A DNA stretch of 63,149 nt, the filler included, from Atractiella rhizophila (Eukaryota): assembly GCA_021432655.1 (NCBI GenBank). It is 3 parts of 3 records of this genome, joined end to end, with 100 filler letters (N's around TTAATTAATTAA, not from the genome) between each part and the next. Parts side by side here need not be neighbours in the genome. Positions count along the whole stretch, not along the records: positions 45,605 to 63,149 come from MU271839.1; 2 more parts are not named here. One strand, 5' to 3'. Shown here piece after piece: positions 49,254 through 60,993 of the stretch. The translations under genes and the position numbers were made by a program. The notes beneath the pieces were generated by a model that saw only the letters and a program-made list of their open reading frames with translations, was not told the origin of the DNA and did not search any database. Position 1 is the first letter of the stretch. Every line of letters starts with the position of its first letter.

Positions 49254-51006
49254 CTAGGCGGTGGTGGGATAGAGGCGAGCATCAGGGAAATGTTTGAGGA
49301 CGCGGGGCCACAGCCAAAACATTGGTGTGGCATAGGAGATATCTGGACAGTCCTCATCGGTTCCCGTCGCCCCAACCAATACGCCTCCAATTTTGCCGAA
49401 TCCATCAACGATGACGGCGCCGGAGTCTCCAGGGCCAGAGAAGAGGGGGCACATCTCTATAATTGAATACGGCCCAAGCCATCCCATCTTCTCCCGTCTT
49501 CACGTCTCTCACGAAGGAGAAACAGCCAGTGTGGCGGCCGATCGTCACTCCAGTGGCATTGCCACTCTTGATCACGAGATTGCAGGGTTCTTTGTTGTCA
49601 ATTGCGATTGTGTCGGGCGATAACAGAATTTGTTCGCTCATTATGTCGCGGAGAGGCAAGAGGCGATAGAGGGGATACCTGAAGGCTTCTTGAGCATCGT
49701 CCTGTGGTTGCACACGTCTCATCGCCCTGCCCAGATCTCCTGCACAGAAGGAGGTACCTGGAACCACCCTAAGGAGGATGTTAGAGTGATTAAAGTAACA
49801 GACCCACCGAGATCAATGAAGTTGCCTTTCAGAGTAGGCTTAAACCTTCGCTCGTCGATCTCAATCACCGCCCAATCCTCCAATAATTCCTGACTACTAC
49901 AGCCATGAGAGTTAGAGATGGGGGAGCGTATCGGATGTGTCCAATGATGTGTAGGAGGGGATCACTCCATTCTTCGTTAACCATCGATTCGAACTTGCCC
50001 AAACCAGCCAGCGCCGACCTACCGTGTTCCAAGCGCTGCATGACCCGCCTTAGATGGCGCTGCCTTTCATCCTCTTTCTCGTCGTGCTCTCCCCCCAAAT
50101 CCGCCTCATGACCATTGACCTCACTCTCCCTAAATTCGATATCTGACTCGTGATGGCGAATCTCAGCCCCGACCGACTTCAACAATCTCTCGAATCCCTT
50201 CGTCGCAAGCAGCATGACAGGCTTTTGGGGTTCGCCAGCGTCGGCGTCATCGAACGCTTTGTTCTCGTTATTTGGTTGAGATCCGGTGGGAGGGAGGAGA
50301 ACGTGGCGACAAGTGAGCCCGAAATCTTGTCGTTGCCTTCCCCTTCTTGGAAGTAAAGGGTCAACGTTCCCTCCCGATCTGGGCTCTGGGAACCAGCAAT
50401 CGGGAGTCCAAGCGTACTGGTAAGGGGACCACGGACCGCGGCTGTTGAATGGAAGTCATCAACTGAGCGCAAGAGGGGGGGACCTCTAGATGATAAGCGC
50501 CTGTATGTTGACTCCCGATACTCGATTTCGACGTCTTGAATTCCATATTCGATCAAGAGGTCGAGGAAAGCTTCAGCAGACCACGCTGCATCGTCGATAG
50601 CTAAGGAGTTTGGCGACAACCCAATCCAAATGATGACTGGACCGCGAATCTCTGGATCGCCGTATTCTCGTCCCTTCGTGATGAATCTGGCGACGTCAAT
50701 GGATGAGTAAGGCACATTTTGGGCCTTCAGCAGGTCACGGATGCGTGGCCCCAGTTCCGGCCAGAGGCGGTTGAGTGGATGCCCAAACACGCCGACCACC
50801 TTCTTAGGATACGGACCAGGAAAAAAACGATCGTGAGAATATTTCCAGGGATGTCTGTCCCTGCCGGTGCGGTATAGCAACCTAGGATGGACGAACGAAA
50901 TGCCGTAGTAGTATCGCAGCAGTTCCTCCTCTGGAATATTGATGGTGGTCACTAATATAATGAGTCCTGAGTGCTGACAAGAGTTATCATAACAAAGAAC
51001 ACTCAC
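49254..51006 (-). pseudogene. Trypsin-like (PA clan) serine protease, three frameshifts
   Basis: LTCRHV (~50301-50317), EDWAVIE (~49870) and FSGPGDSGAVI (~49419-49430) are separated by frame switches near 50322, 49922 and 49447. Confidence 0.75.
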
Positions 51007-51773
51007 TTATGAACGATTTACTGTCTATACAGCTTTATACTGCTTTATGAAGGTGGAGTTTAAAAATGCACAGAATTTGACTCGGATTACATCACAATTT
51101 TTAGCTTCCATCCACTTGCATCTATGACTTTCGCATCGCGCTCTGCAAACCTGGACATTTTATTCGTGACAAAGATAAGGCCTAATCCAGTCAAATCTCA
51201 GGATTCTTCCCCATCAATCAGTACTCGTAGCAAGCAACCGAACAGACTGGAACCAGGCCTACAGTAGCTTAAACCTCTCCTCTCTGTTCTACGTTACTTG
51301 TTCTAATCAATCTTGAACTTCCTTAGAAGGTCCTCTTATCCTCCCCTTTAGGCTTTCCTGGGTCATCGCGATCCTCGTTGTACCTTGCCTAGTCTGTCTT
51401 GCCGATCAATCTGAGGACTTCAACTGTGCTTCAAAGCTTCAACATCCCATCCACTCCTCTGCCACATCTACGTGGTCCTCTCAGGGCACTGGACCACAAG
51501 GTCGGAGTTGATGCTGTCGGACAACCTCTCAAAATCAAGTCAGAGTTGGGTGTTTAGTTTTGTAGTATGAATTGAAACAAATGGCGTCTTTAACTGGAAG
51601 TTTCTAATAACACAAGCACTTGAGTGAGGGATAGAACGTCAAACGATCAAGGATCTTCTTAAGTTACTCTCCAAAGAGACAGTAGTCGGAGGCATTCCTA
51701 ACAAAGTGTACAAAGGCAATTGTATCAAATGTCCGTTTCTCCTTCCTGGCATCCCAGGATGCACAGTGGAAGT

Positions 51774-53330
51774 CTAGCGACTCAGGCTGCTGGATGCGGA
51801 CGCCTCTCCGGCCTTGGTCTGCAAAGGCACCGCAGGAGGGTTGCTGTTGCTCTTCTTCTTCCTCGTCCCTGGTGACAGGTACTTTCTATCCTTTTCTTTC
51901 CCTTTGCCGACGCCTACTTTCCCCAACAATTCCAGAACGGCTCCTCCCTTGCCTTTCTCCTTCTGGCTGCTGCGACTTCCCGCCCTCTTCCGCTTCATAA
52001 ACGGTTCTTGCTCATCTCCACTCCCGTCGCTACTGTAAGTCTCATATGAATTGAGACTCTCTGCCGACTGGAGCGAGGCGTTCGAAATGAAGGACGAGTG
52101 GTCGTCTTCCGCATCAGAGTCCAAGACGAGATTGCCTGTTTGTTGGTTGTGGGTGGGCAGACCAGCCTCGTCTTCTTCTTCATTAGCCGCGTCTTCAAGT
52201 TCAGAACGCCAGGCATAACGGATCGCAACAGGGACCATGACCGCGACCACGATACCTGCGAGACCGAAGAAATTGCGCCAGGAAATGAGGTGAAAGTCGG
52301 CTGAGCTCGTCATCTGATCGAGCGTCGTGCCTATCTGAGTGTGGATGAACGAGACGCCCATGATTCCAAGGAAGGTGGCGATCCAGAACGTTCCCATTCC
52401 GATCCCGAGATGAGGGCACACGACGTTCACGACCCAATGTGGTGGGAGAGGTGCTATTCGAAGGACGATCAGGTAGCTGATGACATTTCCTCCTTGCTTT
52501 TCCACCCGAGTCTTCCATCGATCGACGCGGCCACGCCACTTCGACGAATGGGCGAGAAGCGCGGGACCAATTAGTGCAGAGATGAGGTAGCATAGAAGAG
52601 CGCCAGTGGCCACACACTATCAACGCGGCATCAGTATTGTCGCTGGCAAGTGCATAAGACAAGGAAGCTCACAAGGCAGACGAGAGGGAGGGCCATGAGA
52701 ACGCCGTACATCGCTCCAGCAAGGATGGAAAGGTACATGCTACCGGGTAAGGAGAAAGCTTGCAGGCTTCAAGGGCTTAGTGTCATGCTGTATGGAGAGA
52801 CGAAGAATCACTCACAAGAGATAAACACAGATGTATGTGCCAAGGACCCTGGCATAATTCTTGTCCTTATACACCTGCAGTACTTCATTAAGAGCCTTGA
52901 GGTCGTCAAAACTCTTGGGAATCTTGACCTTCGCTTTGTCCTCCGGATCATCTATCGGCGGTAGGAGCGTCTTGATGAGAACGATGAGAAAAGCGCAGGA
53001 GAAGATGAAAAGGAATGCAGCCTTCAGGAGGGCAGTAAGGAGAGGTCGACGACGCAAAAACGCGATGGGATGTCTAGATTCGTCTTGCTCCGCAGGGGTA
53101 TCAGGATCCGGTTCCATGAGAGCATGAGTCGAAGATCTAATCGAGTCCATAGGCGAATGGATGATTTCTATTATCGTTGATTGACGTTTGTGATGCTTTC
53201 TGCCTCCAATGGAAGTGCGGGAACCGATCGATGACCTCGAGCGAATGGAGGCATTGTCGTCGATTTCCGCCTCGTCGTCCGCGTTAGCCTCCTCCGGCGG
53301 AGACGGAGGGTTCGGCGGGAACGTGGCCAT
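51774..53330 (-). CDS. TMEM41-like VTT/DedA membrane protein
   Basis: KIPKSFDDLKAL, FLQAFSLPGSMYLSILAGAMYG and YLIVLRIAPLPPHWVVNVVCPHLGI. Start may lie further upstream. Confidence 0.88.
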
Positions 53331-54453
53331 TGAATCAGAAGAAGGCGAAGGAGACGTAAGGGAGAGCGCAGATTTGCGAGAGGGTGGTGGATGGGGAACT
53401 GCAGTCACTAGCTGCGAGGAGACAGAAGGGGAGTGAGAGCGGAGACCAGCTGGTTGTAACGGTGGGGTCTGGGCGGGAGAGAAAGTGATGAGTGCAGGTG
53501 AGGATGGGCGACGTGGTGCAGAGCTGTAAAGAACTCATTAGTCGTGATCCGGAATGGGGTCTTCTCGAGAACACATTGCGAACGAAAGAGTACAATGCCA
53601 TTTGAGGAACAGTACCAGGGTTGCTAACCAACCGAAGCACTTGCATGACTCTGATTGCGCGAGGATGCGAGGGTTGTTCGGTGAGCCTCACAGTAATGGA
53701 AGCAAGCCCATGAGACCTCTTGATTCACAATAATAGCATTGAGCGTTGCAAAACCTGAAGCACCACCGACATGTAGGTAAAGCTCAATTGCATGGCGGCT
53801 CCTCCAGAGCACCCAAATTCTACCTCTTTCGAGCAAATCACAAGCTCATCAGTTTAAGCATGCTTTGAACAGAGAGCGGGAAAGAGGTTGGAGAATGTCT
53901 TAGAAAAAGGAAACTGGAGCTGTAAAAATGCGACAAGTCCAGTGCCTTGGCCAGCGACCGGGCTAATGCCCCGCCTCCGTCCCTCCGTTCTTTGCCTAAA
54001 CAATACGCACACAACAAAGAAACTGACCTTGCTCTCTCCCTGCCCTCGCCCTCCGACGGACCAATGATGGTCTTCATACTATGAGCCGAGAACTGTTGAT
54101 CGTCAGGGTGGTTGGCTGAGGTGTTTGGATGGAGGAGATTGGAGTCGAAGTCAGAGAAACGATTGTTAACTGGTATGGGATGTGTCATTGACTGAGCTTG
54201 TTGGCGGATGGTGGTTCGACAGGGCGGGAGAACGATGGTGGTCCGGTAGTCAGAGTTGGTGGTGAATGATGAAATGAAATAGGTGAAGCGGAAGGGGCTG
54301 GCGGCAATTTCTTATATTGGATTAAGTGCAAGTTGTTGTTCTTCCGACCGCTACTACTAACAAATCCTCAGTGCCCGAGTTTATGACACTTTTATGCCTC
54401 TGACAGTCCATCACTAGCTGCGAATTGTTTGTAGATGCTGTAGTGCCCCAAAA

Positions 54454-54470
54454 ACGCGAAAATCACGCGT
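54454..54470 (+). promoter_or_regulatory. MCB/SCB-like G1/S elements (ACGCGAAA, ACGCGT) upstream of PSF3
   Basis: ACGCGAAA at 54454-54461 and ACGCGT at 54465-54470, ~30-45 nt before the ATG of a replication gene. Confidence 0.5.
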
Positions 54471-54498
54471 CTAAATAGCCTATTACAACTTTGGCACG

Positions 54499-55444
54499 AT
54501 GAAAGACGACTACGTTGGCGAAGAGTTCTACTCGATTGAGGCCATCCTCTCAGAAAATCAAGTCCGTACAGCCTTTATCACTGTGTTGTGACCTGATTCC
54601 TGCCAAATCAGAAAATCCCAACCACGTTTAACCTCACCGTCCCGAACTTGGGCTTTTTGGAAGGAGACGGCTCCGATTCGCGCGACGTTTGTATTTGTAT
54701 TTCATTCGTTGTCTTGCATGCCCAAAGAACGACGCTCATCCCTGCTTTTGGATTGTTGCAGATCCAAAAAGGCGTCACCCTAGCCTTGCCGTTCTGGATC
54801 GGCGACTACCTCTCCACCCATCCATCCTAGTCCGTCTATTCCGTTCTTAAAGGTTCAATGAAATGTAAACTGGGAAAATTATAGTGATTGGGTTTCCCTC
54901 TCTCTCCCTAAGCAGTTTGGACCGCGGATACGGCAAGCACTGAAGGCAGACGCAAAGTCTGTCAATTTGCGAAACCTGAATGGAGGGGCAGGAATCTCAG
55001 GTGCAGGATATTGGTATGAGATGGGCCTCCGAATGGACAATGTGTAAGTTTGAGACTTTTATTCATCGCCTAAGAAACAAGAAACAAGTAACCAAACCTT
55101 CCCGAAGGATTCACGACGACACTCTGCGGGAAACTCTCGCGGACGCTTTTCAGAAACGCTTTCTCGAGATATACGATCAATCACAACACGCATCCGCCTC
55201 AAGTTCGAATGGAGGCGGCGGCGCGTCAGTCGCTTCCGTCGGCGAGTCCCAGGCTACTGAATTCATCGTAGGCTTGGAGGAATGGGAAAGGGAATGTTTG
55301 TTTTCTCATTGCCATCCATCTTTTCATCTCTGATGACGGATTATAGTGTTCGTTTCTGGTGAGCAATCGGCGAGAATCATGAAGATTTATCTGGAGAAAG
55401 GACCCAATCATGTACCGTTACCGAACACTGGAACGAGTTTGTAA
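54499..55444 (+). CDS. PSF3: GINS complex subunit Psf3
   Basis: FYSIEAILSENQ|KIPTTF..TVPNLGFL, LALPFW, ALKADAKSVNLR, AFQKRFLEIYDQ and LEEWERE|LF. Confidence 0.88.
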
Positions 55445-55640
55445 CATCTCCAGTTGGCTGAACCTGGGAACGACTTTTTGGTGTCACACTGCCATACAGG
55501 CGCAACTGCTGAGAAAGAGGCGCTTTTGTTTGCTTCGCGACATAGTGCGCTCACAGAAGCAGTCAATTCTCACCTTCATGACGTGAAGATTTCATTCAAG
55601 ACTCAGTGGATAGCTACGTGTATGACGGCGCTGATTCCCA

Positions 55641-57423
55641 TCACCATCTGCTTCGCTGGTTGTCAAGTTGATCTGCTCCATCCTTCCACCCGACCTCGAA
55701 GTAGCTTCCCTTGAAGCCGTAGGTCCTGTCCTGACCTGGTCTCGTCAAGTCAACGAAGAAAGCATTCGAGTTGTAGTCCACAATACGAAGCTGTTCCGTA
55801 AATTGATCAACAGTCCAAAACAAATCTCCAAACAAAGTTGAGATACACAGAGATCGTTTTGTCGAATCAGGGTCTCCAAATATAGGTGAGAAAGAGAGGT
55901 CCCTGTGTATCGAGGGAACGTGGGTCGATTTCGTATGGTGGAGGATGAAGGTGGGAATGGAAGCAGGTACGACATAGCACCAAAGCAGCTCCAGCTCCAT
56001 CACATTTGGTAGTTGTGACACCCTGTAAAGAAACTGATCGGATATCAGATTTGATACTTCATGACTTCCATCGATGACAAGCTCTCGAAGACCTGGTCCC
56101 GATTTAGCTCTTCAGGAGAAGCGTCGAGGGACACATACCTGTCAAGGATAAAATGTCGTCGTCCACAGCAGCCGGCAGCGTCAAGGCAAGTTCGCCCTGC
56201 CAGGGACCTAGTTGGCACGTAAAATGACGCAGATGTGGACGAAGCTCGGCCATGAGCTGGAAAAGCTGTTCTGGTTGGAGAGAGTCATGTCGAAAACCTT
56301 CGAAAATAAAGTAAAAAATGGGTTCCTCGACTTTCGGACTAATCTGAGGCAACAGAAAGGGAAGGAACGATTGCAGCGAACTCGTGGTCATAAGGCACTC
56401 TCGAATAGTGAGAAATTGAAGGTTTACAGCAGTCTTGGCTGCACTGAAGTTTGTTTCCCTGCGAAGGTCCCATCCCAACATGCTGAAATCCCTAACTCGC
56501 AAACCTCGCGACAGGAGCAGAGAAAGGTCATTTGCGTCCCATCGGCTGGCGCCGTGTCCAACTTTGTTGGATATTTGGAGATGAGACAGGAGTGGGAGAG
56601 ACAAAAGATAGGTCAGAGCGATTTTTCTAATCGTTCTCTTTGATGGCGGTCTGACGAACAACACTACCCAACCTAGGTTCTTGCAAAGGTGGAAGGCTTG
56701 AATGAGTAAAGACCAAATGATGTCCGTCGGATCATCTCGTCTGTCACCTATGAAAAGCTGTCGAAGGTACGGCGCAAAAGCAGCTGGATAATGTCGCACA
56801 AATGTCAGAGGAGAAAGCCTTGGTCCGCTATCGCGTTGCCCACCAAGCAATCCCGGCATATTTCGAGAAGAGTACACGGTGCCTAGAGTGCATCCGAGTG
56901 TAGAGAGTGCCGTCTTTGCAAAGAATCTGTTGGTCAGGCGGATCTGCTGCAAGTAACGGGGAAGATTTGAATTTCCACGAACACTTATGTCGAGATCATC
57001 TCTCTCAATCATCGATGAGAAAATGAGATGCATCAACTCGGGCGGTAAGTCTGTGAAGGGATCATAGTCCCACTTTTCTTGCACAAATATTCTAACCATA
57101 ACGCCGGGATGGGGGCTCGTAGAAGCTGAACGAGAGGTGTTATCCAGTATGAATTCCTTCGAAACTATCCAACAATGTTCTGGATGAAAAAGGAGACAAA
57201 GGGAACATTCTTCGTCGTGATCGAATTCAAATGTAACCGGAAAGACAGATTCGTCCCCGCGTTCGCTGAATGCAGCTTCAGCTTCATCCTTGGAAATTAG
57301 GGTAAGTACCGTCAGAAGAGACGTAGACTTCCACAATTTGCGAACTCGATTGGTACATTCAAAGTAGGTCGTCACACTGTTATGTTGCTCCGCCGTGACG
57401 ACAGAGACAAGTGCGAGAAACAT
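55641..57423 (-). CDS. F-box-like / RNI-like repeat protein
   Basis: 439-aa ORF with FTDLPPELMHLIF..., LRLTNR-like motif and leucine-rich repeats; downstream exon 55641-56021. 3' end approximate. Confidence 0.6.
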
Positions 57424-59477
57424 GGGGCACGCCTTGAGGACCGGATACTGTCAAATGTCACCTTAGTCTGTCCAGGAAACCAGGGAGCCCCAAGCTCAGA
57501 AGCGAAGGATGGCGGTTTAAAATGGTCCATCAAATCAAATACTGTACCCTCGCCCAGGGCTCATGCATTCAACCCATGAAAGTAAATCACTATGTTTCCC
57601 GAGCGGGAGCTCAAGAGACCTTTCGTTATAAGGAAGTAGACTATTGCTTTGACTCTCAGCACAATTGCTTATGTGTAACCTTTTGATAGGTTGCTTCATG
57701 CCGGCAAGACGTGCATGGCGAGAGAAGTTCCAACGCTCATCTCTTGAGATAATGGAGATCATGCCCAGATCACTGGTCCCGCTTTGGCGAACATTTCAAG
57801 TTTTGAGAATGGAATGGAGACGTTGGAATACATGAGTCAGGTACGGCCCAATCATCAACTGGCTTCAACTGTCCTGGCAACAGGAACCACCTTGACTGGA
57901 CTGGTTCAGGCATAATATCTCGTCCCTGACATCCTCCTTCCTCCTCCGTCCAACAGCATTCGCTGGATTTACAGTAAAGGAGACTTGAAAATCTTGAAAC
58001 GTTACTTGTCTCGAATTTTACACCATCGCATTCCTCATACATCGAGCTCTGAGGATTCACGGTGGATTCGCAGCGCAATATCTTCAACGTCTCCCTTTAG
58101 GACCGTATTGGGTCTCAGAATGGCTTCTTGTCAGACCAAGATTACTCTTCGAGTGGCTATACCCGTTTTTGACAACTGTGGCGCATCCTTCCGAGCTTAC
58201 AACTTTCCTCATGCGAGTGCTCGCTACATTCCTAGGACGAAGAGCCCGCTATTGAACGAGGTGAAGCCGGATACCCAAGAGACTAATAGAAGTAAGAGGA
58301 AGAGAGAAGAAAAAGAAGAAGAACAGGAGGATGTTACTGGGAAACAAGAGCAGACAAAGAAAGTGAAAGTGGAAGGCGGGAAGGAGAATCTTTGTGGCCT
58401 TAGCCACTAAGGATACTTCATCTTGCCTTTACTTTCGCATTCTTCTGTTGCCTCTTATGCCTAAAACCCCGAAAAAAGCGAAAAAAGCTCATTCGTGCTG
58501 CAAAAAAAACCGTATTTGCGCTACTTTCTTGGTCCTTCCACTCGTGGCACGAACTCCTCACTCGCCCAGTGGCATATGTTACATGCACATCTCACGACCT
58601 TTACGACTCTCATGACGACTCTATGTTATGGTATGTCACGCACCAAGTTTATCAAGATTAAAGTCAGTCCTTTCCGCTTTCTTGATTTTGTTGTAACGAT
58701 AAGCCAGAGACATGCATATTCCATGTATCGACCCAATATGGGCCTCACCAGCAACAATGTGCTGTTTGTTCTCTCACTTGAGACTTGTACATTCTTTTAC
58801 TGTCGACGCAGCTTTGTACTGACAGAAGGAATCAAGGCCGCGAAACTAATATTGCTCATATATCCCATCATGGTATTCAGTCTACATGTTATTTGCAACC
58901 AGTCGGCACGTCCCTTCTCTTCCTTTCACACGCCGCCGATGCTGATGAAGTGCTCGTGCAGATTACCAATTTCGTGCTCACCCTTTTGTCATAGCAACAC
59001 ATACAACAACTCACATCACAACAAACGGTCAGCTTTTCAATTCCCTCAGTATTAGGTTCATGCCTCGTTCAATTCTCAACTTCCTGTATCTTTTATCTTT
59101 AACACTAAGACTTGACATTTTCATTTGTTAGATCTCAACCGTGCCAACAGTCCATATGTATCATGCAGTAACCACTTTCGTGCAATGTACCGCGCCTTCT
59201 TGAACACATTGCAAAAATTGCTCTTTCCTGATACCTATCGAGCTCCATTTCTGTTCCGCTTCCTCTATCATGGCAGACATCGCAGGTTCAGAGAGAGGAA
59301 ATCGGGTAGCACTGTGAGAGGTGGCTACCCATTTCTGTTCACCGTGTAGGACTCATAACCGTGGAGCGACGGATTCTTCGAAAGACGTCCAAAGTTGCAT
59401 GTGGACATGAAACGCAAAGTTGCTCCTCCGAGTGAATGGGTAACCACATACATTACACCCTTCCATCTACTTCTACT

Positions 59478-60855
59478 CTACTCCAACACCACCCACCTCT
59501 TCCTTTGCTCCTCCTTTTCCCCATCTAACCGCTTGCCCTCCCCCCGAACTTCCCACTCCCACCTCCTCCCTCCCTTCGCCCACCCCGTGACTACGAGCAC
59601 GCCTCCCAGAGCGTACACCAACGTAGCCGCATAAAAGAAGTTTGCATTTCCCCTACCATCCAACCACGCATCATAGAAGGCGGGCAAGAGTGCATAAGCA
59701 GCCATCAAGGCGGCTGCCGCATGCCACAGCGGCGGTAGATGGGGTATGAGGTGGCTTTGAAGGGTGGGGAGGAGCGCGAGGGGTACGGAGAAGGTGTAGA
59801 GGGTCGGGTAGGGGGAGAATATGGCGAGGAGGGACCAGGTGAGGAGGAAGGCGAGGAGGGGTTGGGTGGAGTAGCGGATGGTGAGGGGGAGAGGGTAGGA
59901 GATGAGGTGGAGGGCGAAGAGGAAGAGGAAGAGGGTGCGGAAGTGGTCGAATTGTTCGGTGAAGAAGTACCAGTTGAGACCTATCGTTGGTGTTAACGTG
60001 CAGGTCGTCAATCTGTTCGCCGTCGGTGGTTAGTTTTTGGATGGGATGAAGGTGGAGGGAGGAGACGGACTGGCAGCCCCATGTCCCGAAAATATATGAA
60101 ATGGACCCGATGAGAGCGTAAGATAGGACGTTGAGGGCGACAAAGTTCCCTATGAGAAACAATAGGAACTGATTCCTCCCTGCCTGTTTTCCGCCCATCA
60201 TTCACGTAAAAAGGAAAAGGCGAGGACGGACCTTCTTCGCTGACGCTGACGATGAAGATGTAGAGGAAGGAAGGGAGTGCATTAGCAGCGCATAGCAGGG
60301 AACAGAGAGCAGGAAAGAATAGACGTCCATGTACCCCGCCAAAGCGACAGCAGCCCCAGCAGCCGCTGCATCACCTTGAACAGCAAACAATAAACTTTCG
60401 AGCTCCACTAAATAGATAATAATAGAGTAAAGACACACCCCTTAGCGCGCTCGTCAACGCGATGATGACGGGGAGCGTCCCAAATGCTTCCGAGCTCAGA
60501 CTGGCTGTTGCCAGCAGATTGACGGGATTGACCGCATATGTCCAACCCGCGACTTTGTTGGTCTTGTAGAGAAGCGCGGATGATGCGGCGTGGAGTGCTA
60601 GCGAAAGCAACGGTGCTGGGATGGCTGAGTAGAGCGGGATGAGCAGCGGCGGATGGTGGACGATGGTGGAGGAGTATGGGTCTATGCCATGCTGGTAGAG
60701 ATAGATGGCCTCGCGTACTTTGTTGCCATTAGCTTGATACGATACCAGGGAGGATGCTTACGGCTGTGTATTGAGTGCAGCGGAGTCGTCAACTCGACAC
60801 GATGCGAGAGGTCCATTGGTGTTCTTGCGAGAACTACAGATGAGACTAGAGGCAT
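59478..60855 (-). CDS. GAB1: GPI transamidase subunit PIG-U/Gab1
   Basis: RVELTTP, EAIYLYQHGIDPY...HHPPLL, NPVNL, LTPTIGLNWYFFTEQFDHFR and GNANFFYAATLVY. Start uncertain (60855-60960). Confidence 0.9.
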
Positions 60856-60993
60856 GACTCGTTCTGAGGGTGAGGGTGCCCATTCCATTCGCTCGGGACT
60901 GCCCCAAAACGTTACGCCATACCGCGCCATAACCCACTCTTTTGCCTGCTTACTACTCATGCTGCACGCTTATAGATCTACTACACACATATA

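Noticed and set aside
57770..59400. Several 60-186 aa ORFs between the F-box-like gene and PIG-U
   Set aside because: Mostly non-ATG starts, no motifs and no consistent exon chain; may hide a degenerate gene but cannot be supported.
59671..59996. P/H/L-rich and G/E-rich low-complexity ORFs
   Set aside because: Alternative and antisense frames of the C/T-rich PIG-U transmembrane exon.
45605..60855. A dedicated GPI/glycolipid gene cluster including GMD and ISC1
   Set aside because: GMD and ISC1 are on a different piece across two linkers, and GPI1 and PIG-U are 13 kb apart with unrelated genes between.
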